DNA of 41,183 nt. It comes from Callorhinchus milii (Eukaryota). Below the pieces are notes generated by a model. That model did not search any database and was not told the DNA's origin. It saw only the letters and a program-made list of their open reading frames with translations. Shown piece after piece: positions 23,890 through 33,974 of the stretch (the first letter of the stretch is position 1; each line of letters begins with the position of its first letter). The stretch is from NCBI RefSeq assembly GCF_018977255.1, contig NW_024705478.1, positions 1 to 41,183 of the forward strand. The letters are read 5' to 3'. The translations under genes and the position numbers were made by a program.

Positions 23890-24229
23890 ATGCTATCGGC
23901 ATACTCCATTTTCATTGATTTTACCCGAAATTTACTCTGTCACTTATGATTGCAAGTTGTTGCGAGTCAGTGACTGCTTTAGTGTTAAAATATGGTGCTG
24001 TATTTTTAGGATAGTGTGTTTATGATATCATTTTATGTAGATATCCACATTTATTTAATATTTTTCTTCTGCAGTTTTTATTGAAAATGCAATATTTCAT
24101 ATCTCAAAAACCTGATGTGATAGACAAAAACTGATGCCAGATTTGGAGTCAGAACCCCAAAATTACCTTAAACCCGTTGGAATACCTTATGCCAGAAAAA
24201 GTGTGTTGACCAGTGTTATATTGATAACA

Positions 24230-24785
24230 CTGCTAAATTCCTCTTGATATGTAAATGCCTTTGTCAAGGCGCCCTCCTCCTCTAACCCAGCTTAAATATA
24301 CGCTGCCAAGCTTGGCGGTGTTCATTGGGACGCTGTCTTTCCGACAGCTCTGTTTCTTCACCTGAGGACGGCTGCTTGTGTTGTGGCCGAAACGTCGTGA
24401 TAATTATTTTATTATGTTTTATTTTTATTAGTCATGTAGAAGGGAAATAATCAAATAAAACAAAAAATACAATTATTATGTTTTATTCAATAATAAAAAT
24501 ATAAAAATAAAACATAAAATACAATTATTCTGTTTATTTTTTATTATTTTATTACTTCCCTTCTACGTGACTTTACCGAAAGAACCAAGAAGATTTCGAT
24601 TTAAAGCTTTCGTGACTGCAGGGATTCATCTTCTTGGTTCTTTCGGTAAAGTCACGTAGAATAATAAAATAATAAAAATAAAACATAATAAAATAATTGT
24701 ATTATGTTTTATTTTTATTATTTTATTATTTCCATTCTACGTGACTTTACCGAAAGAACCAAGAAGATGAACCAAGAAGATGAAT
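24230..24785. mobile_element. Cluster of Penelope pLTR pieces in alternating orientation
   Basis: Repeated CTTCTACGTGACTTTACCGAAAGAACCAAGAAG and its reverse complement. Confidence 0.8.
24358..24400 (+). ncRNA. Minimal hammerhead ribozyme motif in PLE pLTR
   Basis: tcac-CTGAGGA-cggctgcttgtgttgtggcc-GAAACGTC-gtga. Confidence 0.72.
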
Positions 24786-24823
24786 TAGTTTAGTTGCGAA
24801 GAGGCTCGGCCTGCCGTACCCAC

Positions 24824-24944
24824 CGAGGTTCAGCAGGACGGCGTGGTTCTGCTTGATGTTCCTGTAGCGCCGCTTCTCGCACTCGGCCAGATCGCTCCAC
24901 TCGGCCTTGGTGAAGAAGCCTCTGATGTCTCGGAAGTCGCCCAT
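24824..24944 (-). CDS. PRDM9: PRDM9-like copy B, first coding exon: ancestral (SSX/PRDM9-type) KRAB domain
   Basis: Translates to MGDFRDIRGFFTKAEWSDLAECEKRRYRNIKQNHAVLLNL(G), matching the PRDM9 KRAB pattern F.DI..YF.K.EW......EK.RYRN.K.N...L...G. ATG lies in gagATGG context after a (CAG)n acceptor region; phase-1 donor G|GTGGGT. Confidence 0.9.
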
Positions 24945-25054
24945 CTCCTGCTGCTGCTGCTGCTGAGGCGCAGAGACACGGAGGGACGAGACGCGGACGA
25001 CGGTCAGACGCAGTCACGGAGATGGAGTCACATGGAGACAGAGTCACAGGGATA

Positions 25055-25535
25055 CGAGACTAAGATCCCCCGTGTGGCCTTAACAGACTGTCGGGTCAAG
25101 CGCTGTGAGCGAGCGGCGCCTATGAAGGCCGGAACGACACACGAGGGGGTGGGTGGCCAGCACCACGCCCGGCCGCCTTTGTCTCCCCAGTGGCGATGTT
25201 CACTACACACCGCTACACCAGGAACTCATTTGAGGCTGAGTCGACCTAGGGGAAGAGGCCCAGGACCGGTCAGAGACTCCAGTTCCATTCCCGCTCACGG
25301 CCACCACCAACAGCGGTGACGATCATCTGAACCGGTCGTGGACCTCATCCCCTAGGTCGACTCAGCCTCAAATGAGCACCCGGTGTAGCGGTGTGTGAAC
25401 ATCGCCACTGGGGAGACAAAGGCGGCCGGGCGTGGTGCTGGCCACCCACCCCTCGTGTGCCACAGCGCCGGTAGCCTTAGTAGGTGCTGCTCGCTAACAG
25501 CCTGTTAGAGGCTACACGGGGGATCTTTGTCTTTG
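25055..25535. mobile_element. Head-to-head inverted pair of Deu/Nin-domain-like SINEs
   Basis: GTCGACTCAGCCTCAAATGAG...GGCGGCCGGGCGTGGTGCTGGCCACCCACCCC at about 25355-25460 is mirrored at about 25140-25250. Confidence 0.7.
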
Positions 25536-25584
25536 TGGTAAAGTGTGTGAACTCCCACCTCTACCATGACGTACTAGCTCCAGC

Positions 25585-26060
25585 TTTACCTCCACCTGAG
25601 GTAACCTCAGGTTACCTAAGATAGAGGTAACCTTTACCTCAGATGAGGTAACATTACCTCAGGTGAGGTAACTTTACCTTAGGTAGAGGTAAAGTTACCT
25701 CTATCCGAGGTAAAGTAACATTACCTCAGGTGAAGTAACTTTACCTCATGTGAGGTAACATTAACTCAGGTAAATGTAACATTTGAGGTAAACCGAACGT
25801 ATTCACATCACTTCAGCTAATGCCCATATTGTAATATTCTCACGTAGTTAAATCATTAAACACAATTATCGCGTGATTATTACCTCAGGGTAAGGTAATC
25901 GGAATGCAATGGAAGGTGAGGTAACTTTACCTCAGGCGAGGTAACATCACCTCAGGTAAATGTAACATTACTTGAGGTAATCCGAACGTATTCACATCAC
26001 TTCAGCTAATGCTCATATTTTTACGCTAATATCGTTAAATCGTTAAACACAACGCTCGCG
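25585..26060. repeat. Palindromic ~20-bp unit minisatellite
   Basis: Repeated TGAGGTAAC(A/T)TTACCTCA hairpin units plus a ~100-bp duplication (about 25771 and 25958). Confidence 0.85.
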
Positions 26061-26334
26061 TGACGTCACCACCTCAGTGTCGAGCCGTCGACACTTCACG
26101 CGGCAGCCTCGAAGTGCACCCAGCCTGGCACAGGCGCCGTGGTGACGTCACCGTCACTCAGTGGCCAATGGCGGCGGTGGTGGGGGGGAGTGGGGTGGAG
26201 GTGGTGGGGAGTGGTGGGGGTGGGAGGTGGGGCGGAATTGCGGTTGCGTGAGTGAGTGGGAGGGGGAATGGAGGGTGGGAGGGGGGTGGGGAGTGGGGGG
26301 GCGAGACGCGTGACGTCACCACGCAGTGACGTCA
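26061..26334 (-). promoter_or_regulatory. Candidate promoter of PRDM9-like copy B with four CRE palindromes
   Basis: TGACGTCA at 26061, 26143, 26311 and 26327; CCAATGGCGGCG near 26165; G-tract at 26175-26300; lies 1.1-1.4 kb upstream of the KRAB ATG. Confidence 0.45.
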
Positions 26335-27191
26335 TCAGTTTTAAGAGTTAAATTTTTATTCTGGAAGAATCCGATGAGCTGTGAAGCTCTTTGTCCAGTA
26401 GGGGCACGTGGTCAGAACGCCACAACAACAAACACAACACAATAAACACCGTAGCAGTGCAGAGTATAGGAAAGGTAGGCACATGACCAAACACATCTGT
26501 AGGGGCGTGTGAATTGAATTCTGTAGGGGCGTGTGAATTGAAGTCTGTAGGACAGTGTGATGTGTAATTTTGTTGGGTCATAGTTTTACCATCCTTGAGG
26601 TGCAGGGATGACGACTAGGATTGGTGTTGTTAGGATTAGCAGCGAGCAGTTGTGACCAGGTGCTGCTGTGTGTAACGACTACAGATAACGCCAGGGGGGG
26701 GGGGAGTTTAAGAGCCGGGAGCCGACAGCTTGGGGCTCGCAGTGGCTACAGCGACTATTGGAACGGTCGATGCGGCCTCTGCGTTAAACAGCAGAAGACA
26801 ACGGCACAGTCTGGTTCTCCTACAACGCCGCGTGTTAGTTTGAACAACGCCGATTGGATGATATAACGCCATGAATGATGTGTAGGGGAACACGCTGTTT
26901 GTGACGCGGATGCGGATTGGATGCAACGCGAGCGAGCGAACGGAACGAGGTCGCAACGCGAGTAGGAACAAGCGGTTCTCCGTGCGGCTGCCTCGGCGTA
27001 GCGGCATCACGCGAGGAGGCATTGGGATGCTGCTGGATGCTGCTTCTAGACGCTACCCACGCGCCTCAGTCGTAGTCCGGCCTCTGTCTTACCCATCATC
27101 TCGCGTGTTGTCGCGGACCACGCTTCACCCCCTATAGTTTATATTATTTCTCCACAACGCGGTGTTCTTCAGGAACGCAACAATGACCACC

Positions 27192-27540
27192 TCTTCTTGG
27201 TTCTTTCGGTAAAGTCACGTAGAATGGAAATAATAAAATAAATAAAATAAAACATGATAAAGAAAATGTTATTTTTATTATTTTATTATTAAATAAAAAT
27301 AATAATTATAAAACAATGACTTTATTGTTTAAATTTATTATTTTATTATTTCCATAAAAATAAAACATAATAAAGTAAATGTTTATTTTTATTATTTATT
27401 ATTAAATAATAAAACAATAAAAATAAAACAATTACTTTATTGTTTATTTTTATTATTTATTATTTCCATTCTACGTGACTTTACCGAAAGAACCAAGAAG
27501 ATGAATCCCTGCAGTCACGAAAGAAGCTTTAAATCGAAAT
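27192..27540. mobile_element. Inverted Penelope pLTR insertion with target-site duplication
   Basis: Minus and plus pLTR halves around an AT-rich core; AATGACCACC occurs at both ends (27182 and 27538). Confidence 0.7.
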
Positions 27541-28060
27541 GACCACCGCGTTACAGGAGAACAACAGATCGTGAACGCGCTTCGACGATTCGTGGCAACG
27601 GCAACACAAAGCGCCACGCGCAGTCTCTTGCGACCAGCGGTGTCTGTGATGAAGGTTTTTGTGTCGTCGTTGCTGCTGCTGCTGCTGGGTTAGATGGCGT
27701 TGGATCACAATCCTGGCACATCGCCCGATGAAACCGGTCGCCGTTGTTTGTAATCACCGGCGAAACGTCACCGGTACTCGAATTGTAAATGCTGTTGTGG
27801 GTTCACTCTCCCCGACACACAAGCGCTGTGTGTGCTGAAGTTGGTAACCAATTGGCACGTTTCGTTTACGTGACAAACCCTGACTGAATGGCCGTGTCAG
27901 GCGATGGTGGTGGGTGGTGGTTAACGACACAATGTTGATGTTTACGAGATCTCTAACCCAACAACAACAACAACAAAAACCAAACCTCTGTCACGGAAAA
28001 GTGTCACCACAGAGTAAGTCGCTCCGACCTCCTGGAGATACCGGTGTAACAGGCTAAAAA

Positions 28061-28392
28061 TTAACCCGTAAAAACAAAGTTTTTCACTATAAATCCTTTA
28101 TATGCGTGGCGGCTAGAGTCCTCTCGTCCTCTGGCTTGAGATGGCTGCCACCTATGGTCAGATGATTGCCTGCCACCATTAAGCAATTGGTAATTAAATA
28201 CAATTTTTTTTTCCTAAAAAGTGTAAAATTTTGGAAAAAATGTTCACGAAAATAAATTGTCACGCACAACGAGTCTGTGTGCAAAATGTCAGCTCGATTG
28301 GATCACGGGAAGTCGGTTAAAAAACGACTGAAAGATTTGCACGGTCGTAGGCGCAAGCAAGCAAGCAAGTGAACTTAATATAAAGGATTTAA
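28061..28392 (-). mobile_element. Single HINE-like copy without the tRNA-derived segment
   Basis: Reverse complement of both ends of the 22534-23889 unit, with a different internal segment. Confidence 0.65.
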
Positions 28393-28758
28393 AAATAACC
28401 CCTGCCCCGATTAAACCCGGATATAGTTTGGCCCAGGCCAGAGTAGACCCGGGGGATAAAGTGTCCTAGGCTAAACTATACCCGGGGGTTTAAACTAGAC
28501 TGGTCCAGACCATACCCCCCTCCAGGGCAGAATATGCCCCATGTGAAAGTTCAAAGGCAATTATCCATACAGAGAACAGCCGACAACGAACTTCAATCGA
28601 TATCTAAAAAGCGTATAAATGGAAGTAAGAATCTCAATTTGATCAATTGAAGCATTTTTAGGGTTATTATCAGTTTTTCTGGTTGAAGTAATCAAAGTCT
28701 ATGTGTTTACAGTTTTAAATAAAATGTTGGAAAAATTTAGTAATTCATGTGTATATCA

Positions 28759-28957
28759 CAAATACCAGCTATTAAAGCAAATCCTGGAAGGAAAAATCGA
28801 AGGGAAAAAACGACCAGGACGGCCAAAAACGACATGGCTCAGTAACATCAAAACATGGCTACAATTAACAACAGCACAAACTCTACACGCCGTGCTAGAC
28901 CGGGACCAATATCATCGTGAAGTCGCACACGCCGTTAGGCAGCACTAAACAAGAAGA
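28759..28957 (+). mobile_element. RTE-clade LINE 3' end
   Basis: KYQLLKQILEGKIEGKKRPGRPKTTWLSNIKTW...DRDQY matches the RTE/BovB-type C-terminal G.IEG.R..GR....W motif; short AAG tail. Confidence 0.8.
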
Positions 28958-29214
28958 TATCGCTCAACACTATTACTATCATGGGGGTATGATTTGGCCT
29001 AGAGGGGTATAATTTGGCCTCGGCCATGATACACCCGGGTACAATGTAGCCTAGGCCGCTTGAACCCCGGGTAGACTACGGCCTGTTGCACCGGCACGGG
29101 CTGTGTGAGCTGGGCTGCCTTCACAACCAACGAGACGCCGCCGCTGCCAATTGGGACCAAGACGGCAGCGCTGCCTCCACCGGTCCGGTGAGGTCATTCT
29201 CAACAGGAGATTTT

Positions 29215-29832
29215 TGTTTTTCGATTTGAAGCTTTCGTGACTGCAGGGATTCATATTGTTGGTTCTTTCGGTAGAGTCACGTAGAAGGGAAGTAATAAAA
29301 TAATAAAAATAAAAGATAATAAAACAAAATATAATAAAATATTTTATTATATTAAATTATTGTTTTATTTTTATTATTTTATTACTTGCCTTATAAGTGA
29401 CTTATATAATAATATGTTATATTATTATATTATTTTATTATATCATATTATTTTATTATGTTTTATTCTTATTATTTTATTACTTCCCTTCTACGTGCCT
29501 TTACCGAAAGAACCAAGAAGAGATTTTTTTTTCGATTTGAAGATTTCGTGACTACAGGGATTCATATTCTTGGTTCTTTCGGTAAAGTCACGTAGAAGGG
29601 AAATAATAAAATGATAAAAATAAAACTATACAATTCTCACGACGTTTCGATTGCAACACAAGCAATCATCATCAGGTGTGAAAACCACAGCAATATTGTT
29701 TTTGTTGTTGTGGGTTTTCATAAACTGATGATTGCTTGTGTTGCAATCGAAACGTCGTGTTAATTTGATTCTTACATTTTTATTATTTTATTATTTCCCT
29801 TCTACGTGACTTTACCAAAAGAACCAAGAATA
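29215..29832. mobile_element. Two inverted pairs of Penelope pLTR fragments
   Basis: Alternating orientation of the pLTR motif around AT-rich spacers. Confidence 0.8.
29634..29682 (-). ncRNA. Minimal hammerhead ribozyme motif, variant stem II
   Basis: Reverse complement reads cac-CTGATGA-t-gattgc/ttgtgtt/gcaatc-GAAACGTC-gtg; stem II differs from the other copies but still pairs. Confidence 0.75.
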
Positions 29833-29864
29833 CAGTAGATTTTTATTATTCATTTTACTTTTCC

Positions 29865-30235
29865 AGGTAAGGCCCCCACTGAGCTGTGTAGTAGCGACCT
29901 GGCTATCACAAATGACAGCAGCGCACCGAAGTGGCTTATCACGTGACATTTACAGCAGCCAAATACTCTGAACACATGTGGAGATGTTAACTACCTCTCC
30001 TGGTATACAGGAGATCGTGTGTTTGATTCCGACCCTGACGCCTGCTGTATATTTTGAGTTTGCGCGTCTCTCTCTCTCTCTCCCCGTGGTCGTGTGGATT
30101 TTCTCCAGGTCCTCCGGTTTTCCCTCGACATTTAGAATCGAGATCACGCAATCAGAGTATTTGGCCGCTATAAATGTCCACACAATGATAAGCCACTTCG
30201 TTGAGCTTTCATTTGTGATGGCCAGGTGGTCGCGT
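29865..30235 (+). mobile_element. V-domain SINE preceded by an inverted 3' piece
   Basis: Head GGAGATGTTAACTACCTC at about 29980, core GAGTTTGCGCG...CTCCAGGTCCTCCGGTTT; 29865-29970 is the reverse complement of the family tail. Confidence 0.7.
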
Positions 30236-30438
30236 CTGATAAAAGAGCTACTACGTATCCAGTTGGACCTTACTTGGTAGAATCCCAAGATAATTTTTGT
30301 TAGTTTAAGTATGTATATATATCATTTTAAACAGAATCACAAACTAACGCTCAACTTTCTTAAACGTGCAAGAGTCAACGCGCGCCACCACCGTGCGACA
30401 TCACGCGAGCAACCGGGACGACGCAGAAAATCTCTCAA

Positions 30439-31251
30439 CCCTTTCCCGCGTCCGAGACGTCTGCAGAGTTGCAGGGTCGGTGGGTGTCACCGTTCACGGG
30501 TGGGTGTCACCGTTCACGGGGTGGGTGTCACAAGGTGGTGTCACAGGTGGCACAGTCGGGTTTTTTACAATCGGGTTTAATTGTCTTTTTATATTAAACC
30601 CGATCATCTAAGATTGAGAGAAATCCGGTTTCATTGGTTCTAATTGCAGAACCGCACTTCTCAACGATGGGCTTCATCCATTCCAAGCTAAGGAACTCAC
30701 TGGCGCCCACGATTGTGGAGAAGCTCGTGTTCATCAAGACCAACCTGCCCGCGCATTCTACGACTACCCGTGCCCGACGCCCCGAGTACGATAGCAGCAC
30801 CGAGAGGAGCAGCCTAAGCCTATCAGAGTTCGTATTCATTAAACCAGGTTTTAATTCCCCGAAATCGGTTTAATTGAAAACGTTACGGGGTGGTCACCGT
30901 TCACGGGGTGGGTGTCACCGTTCACGGGTGGGGTCCGTCATGTCACGTTCACGGGGTGGGGCACGTCATCATGTCACGGATGGCTCGTCAGTTCGACGCA
31001 GCAGTGGCAACAGCAGCAGCACTGGTTGCTGTTGTGTTTAAAGACGTCGTTGCTCACCGCAGAGAAGCGTAGCGACACGACCGCCGCCACTCTGCGCTAG
31101 CCGGCGCCAAAACTGTGCCACACTCCCTGCCCCGCGTGGCCCTGTGGGAGCTCCGGTACCGATAATGTTACTTTAGTTTTTACTGCGTTTTGTTGTTCCG
31201 ACGACGACGACGTTCACGCACGGCGCGCGGCGTCGTCGCGACGGCAAAGGG
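30439..31251. mobile_element. Possible piggyBac-like non-autonomous element with internal 21-bp repeats
   Basis: TCAA|CCCTTTCCCG...CGGCAAAGGG|TTAA termini; internal (GGGTGGGTGTCACCGTTCACG)n. Confidence 0.4.
30551..30882 (+). mobile_element. hAT transposon remnant (C-terminal dimerisation region)
   Basis: AEPHFSTMGFIHSKLRNSLAPTIVEKLVFIKTNL fits the hAT motif ER.FS..G.I.SK.RN.L....VEKLVF...N. Confidence 0.75.
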
Positions 31252-32022
31252 TTAAGTTCACGCTGGGAACATTTTCAACGGGGGAGGCAGCAACAACACG
31301 CAGGGTGATCCAAGTGCAGATGCCCCACTCATACCTACACCCCCCTCCCAACGCCTCTCCGGAATATTTTTTCAGACCGCAGGAATCCGATGAGCTATGA
31401 AGCTCTTCTTCGCAGATCTCCAGCCGTTCCACAGATGTCCTCTCCTAACACCCCCCCCCACCTCCTCCCGTAGCTTTCCTCTCAGCGGCAAAGTGAATAT
31501 CGCGCAAGCGATGGCTCGGGGCTACGGGACTGAGTGCACGGAGATTTGTGAGCGGATGCCACCTTCGTCATCGGCCGCGGTTCAGTCTACCGCTGGATGG
31601 GTACGACGTACTGTAGTAATACGTACTGTACGTAATGTACGTACGTCGCACGGGGCAGGGCTACGAGACGGCACGCGGTGCGCATGGAGACCGGCGGGAG
31701 ACGTGCAGACTGGGGTGTCTGTAGGTGGATCGCCCTGCGGTGCCCCCCTCTAGGGTAACAACAGTGCAGCTCTGCACGGGGACTCTGCACACTCACACAC
31801 ACAGGGACCCCCAGGTGATGGGGGTGGGGGGGACGTGCAGTGGTTGGGACCTAGAACTCCGCACTTGCAATCGAGGGGTGGCCGGGTCGGTTTAATCTCC
31901 CACCCCCCACAGAGTGTGAGGCAGGTGTAGGAGGGTCCGTAGGTTTCCGTGTTCACATTCAAAATCAGTTTCAAGAGTGGCACAGCCTCGGCTAGTCACG
32001 TGGCCTGTTGTTTAAAACTAAT

Positions 32023-32642
32023 TCACAGCTCGGCGCTGTGCGCGTTTTGCTCAGGATGGCTGACTTTTCTGTTTCCACGGGAATGAGAAAATGCATTCTG
32101 GCCGGTGTGTGTTCTCTGGTGCTGAAGACTGGATGGTCTGCAAACGCCTTCTCACACACGGTGCACTTGAACGGCTTCTCTCCCGTGTGTGTTCTCTGGT
32201 GCTGTGAAGATTGTTCTCTGGTGGCTGTGAAGATGTAGATGTGCAAACGCCTTCTCACACACGGTGCACTTGAACGGCTTCTCTCCCGTGTGTGTTCTCT
32301 GGTGGCTGTGAAGATTTGTATGTGCAAACGCCTTCTCACACACGGTGCACTTGAACGGCTTCTCTCCCGTGTGTGTTCTCTGGTGCCTGTGAAGATGTGT
32401 GTGTGCAAACGCCTTCTCACACACGGTGCACTTGAACGGCTTCTCTCCCGTGTGTGTTCTCTGGTGCTTCTTCAAGTTACACTTGTAGTCCGTGCTGAAT
32501 GAACATTGGTCACACTGATGACTTTTGTTACTGGGCTTAGTGGGGTGTCTCCTCTGCACGTGATGTTGTAGACTAGAGCGGCAGATGAACTGACGGTTGC
32601 AGGCAGGACACGGCAGCCTTGTGACCTCCACACCCACTCCAC
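32023..32642 (-). CDS. PRDM9: PRDM9-like copy A, terminal exon: post-SET zinc finger and tandem C2H2 array
   Basis: [22 protein letters not shown] (post-SET finger), [21 protein letters not shown], then four near-identical [21 protein letters not shown] repeats. The last part is frameshifted and the stop position is inferred. Confidence 0.88.
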
Positions 32643-32724
32643 CTGCGTCATCCCAGAGGAACAAGACACACGCGCACACACCAACATCTAGACATGAACA
32701 CTCTTGCACACGTGTGTGTATACA

Positions 32725-33170
32725 CAAAGGTAAAGGTTTCCCACAGCCATATCAGACTGTTGGGCAAGTGCTGTTTGCGAGTACCTATGAAGGCCGGCAT
32801 GGCACACGAGGGAGTAGGTGGCCAACACTAGGCCCGACCGCCTTTGTCTCTCCAGTGGCGATGTTTCCACGTTTAAGCTAGGTACTCATTTGAGGCTGAG
32901 TCAACCTAGGGAGGCCTAAATATTCACCACTGACGTTGGCCGTGAGTGGGAATCAACTCAGGTGGCCAGGTTCGTAGTGCAGTGGGCTCCATTATATATA
33001 CACACAAAGACAAAGAACCCCCATATAGCCTGTATATACTTTTGGGACAAGTGCTGTTATGGGCACCAATGAAAGCCAACACGGCACACGAGTGGGAGGG
33101 TGGCCAGCACCACACATAGCCGCCTTTGTCTCCCCAGTGGCGATGTTTACTACTACACACCACACCAGTT
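32725..33170 (-). mobile_element. Two Deu-like SINE copies
   Basis: Same family as 25055-25535 (CGCCTTTGTCTCYCCAGTGGCGATGTTT). Confidence 0.7.
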
Positions 33171-33189
33171 ACTCACTTCCACCTTATCA

Positions 33190-33540
33190 GTGTGGCTGGT
33201 GCCTATCATCTCTGGTGAGTGGTGGTATCATCTCTGGTGAGTGGTGGTTCATATCTGGTGAGTGGGGCTGTCATCTCTGGTGAGTGGTGGCTACCAACTC
33301 TGGTGAGATGTGGCTATCATCTCTGGTGAGTGGTGGCTATCATCTCTAGTGAGTGGTGGCTATCATCTCTGGTGAGTGGTAGCTACATCCACATCTCTGG
33401 TGAGATGTGGCTATCATCTCTGGTGAGTGGTAGCTATCATCTCTACTGAGTGGTGGCTATCTCTCTGGTGAGTGGTGGCTATCGTCTCTCGTGAGTGGTG
33501 GCTATCATCTCTGGTGAGTGGTGGCTATAGTCTGGTGAGC
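33190..33540 (+). repeat. ~23-bp minisatellite
   Basis: (TGGTGAGTGGTGGCTATCATCTC)n. Confidence 0.92.
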
Positions 33541-33568
33541 AGTGTGAGTCTTGGTGAGCGGTGCTCAC

Positions 33569-33825
33569 GGTGTTCCTCGCTTGGTGAGGCTGCACGGGCT
33601 GCAGGTCTCTGGCGGTGGCCCTAGGAGCCATCTCGCTGCTGCTGCTGCTGGCGTCGCGAGGGCCCGGCCTCGCAGGCGATGCCCAGCTCCTGGGCGAACT
33701 CCTCGCCGTACCAGACCAGCAGCTCAGAGCGGGCCCACGGCACGGAATGTGCGGTAGTAAATCTGCCCCGGTGCTGGAAGGCCACCAGGTTCTGCTCCTG
33801 CTCATTCCTCGCGCAGTTGACGAAC
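33569..33825 (-). CDS. PRDM9: PRDM9-like copy A, C-terminal PR/SET exon
   Basis: cgcag|[19 protein letters not shown][[12 protein letters not shown] in a shifted frame][17 protein letters not shown]. An in-frame TAG occurs at 33621-33623 after the SET core; donor gtgagc inferred. Confidence 0.88.
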
Positions 33826-33974
33826 CTGCGCGGGCAGACGCGGGGGCGGGGTGGGCGCCGTTAGCGAGCGCCTATTAAGGGCCGGCACTGGGCGCTACGT
33901 GGGGTGGTTGTGGCTGGAACCACGCTCCGTACCGGGTGCTCATTTGATGCCGAGTCGACCAAGGGGGGCCCAGG

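Larger units (their letters stand above)
22421..24215. mobile_element. Non-autonomous DNA transposon with ~100-bp imperfect TIRs
   Basis: CACTGTGTCAACA...TTTCTGGC...GATTCCAAATCTG...CTATCAC mirrored by GTGATAG...CAGATTTGGAGTC...GCCAGAAAAA...TGTTGACCAGTG; TTA on both flanks. Superfamily not assigned. Confidence 0.65.
28041..29094. mobile_element. TIR element (CCGGTGYAACAGGC termini) with subterminal repeats and nested inserts
   Basis: CCGGTGTAACAGGC at 28041 and GCCTGTTGCACCGG ending 29094; repeated GGGGTATRRTTTGGCC-like motifs. No clear TSD. Confidence 0.55.

Noticed and set aside
29722..29760. Sixth hammerhead on the plus strand
   Set aside because: It is three bases shorter than its inverted partner, and stem I pairing is lost.
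26365..31412. GAATCCGATGAGCTRTGAAGCTC at about 26368 and 31383 as hammerhead ribozymes
   Set aside because: CCGATGA deviates from the CUGANGA core and no GAAA/NUH with flanking stems was found; probably a dispersed repeat fragment.
24824..32642. A single KRAB-zinc-finger gene joining the 24.9-kb KRAB exon to the 32-kb fingers
   Set aside because: On the minus strand the fingers lie upstream of this KRAB exon, so they belong to different gene copies.
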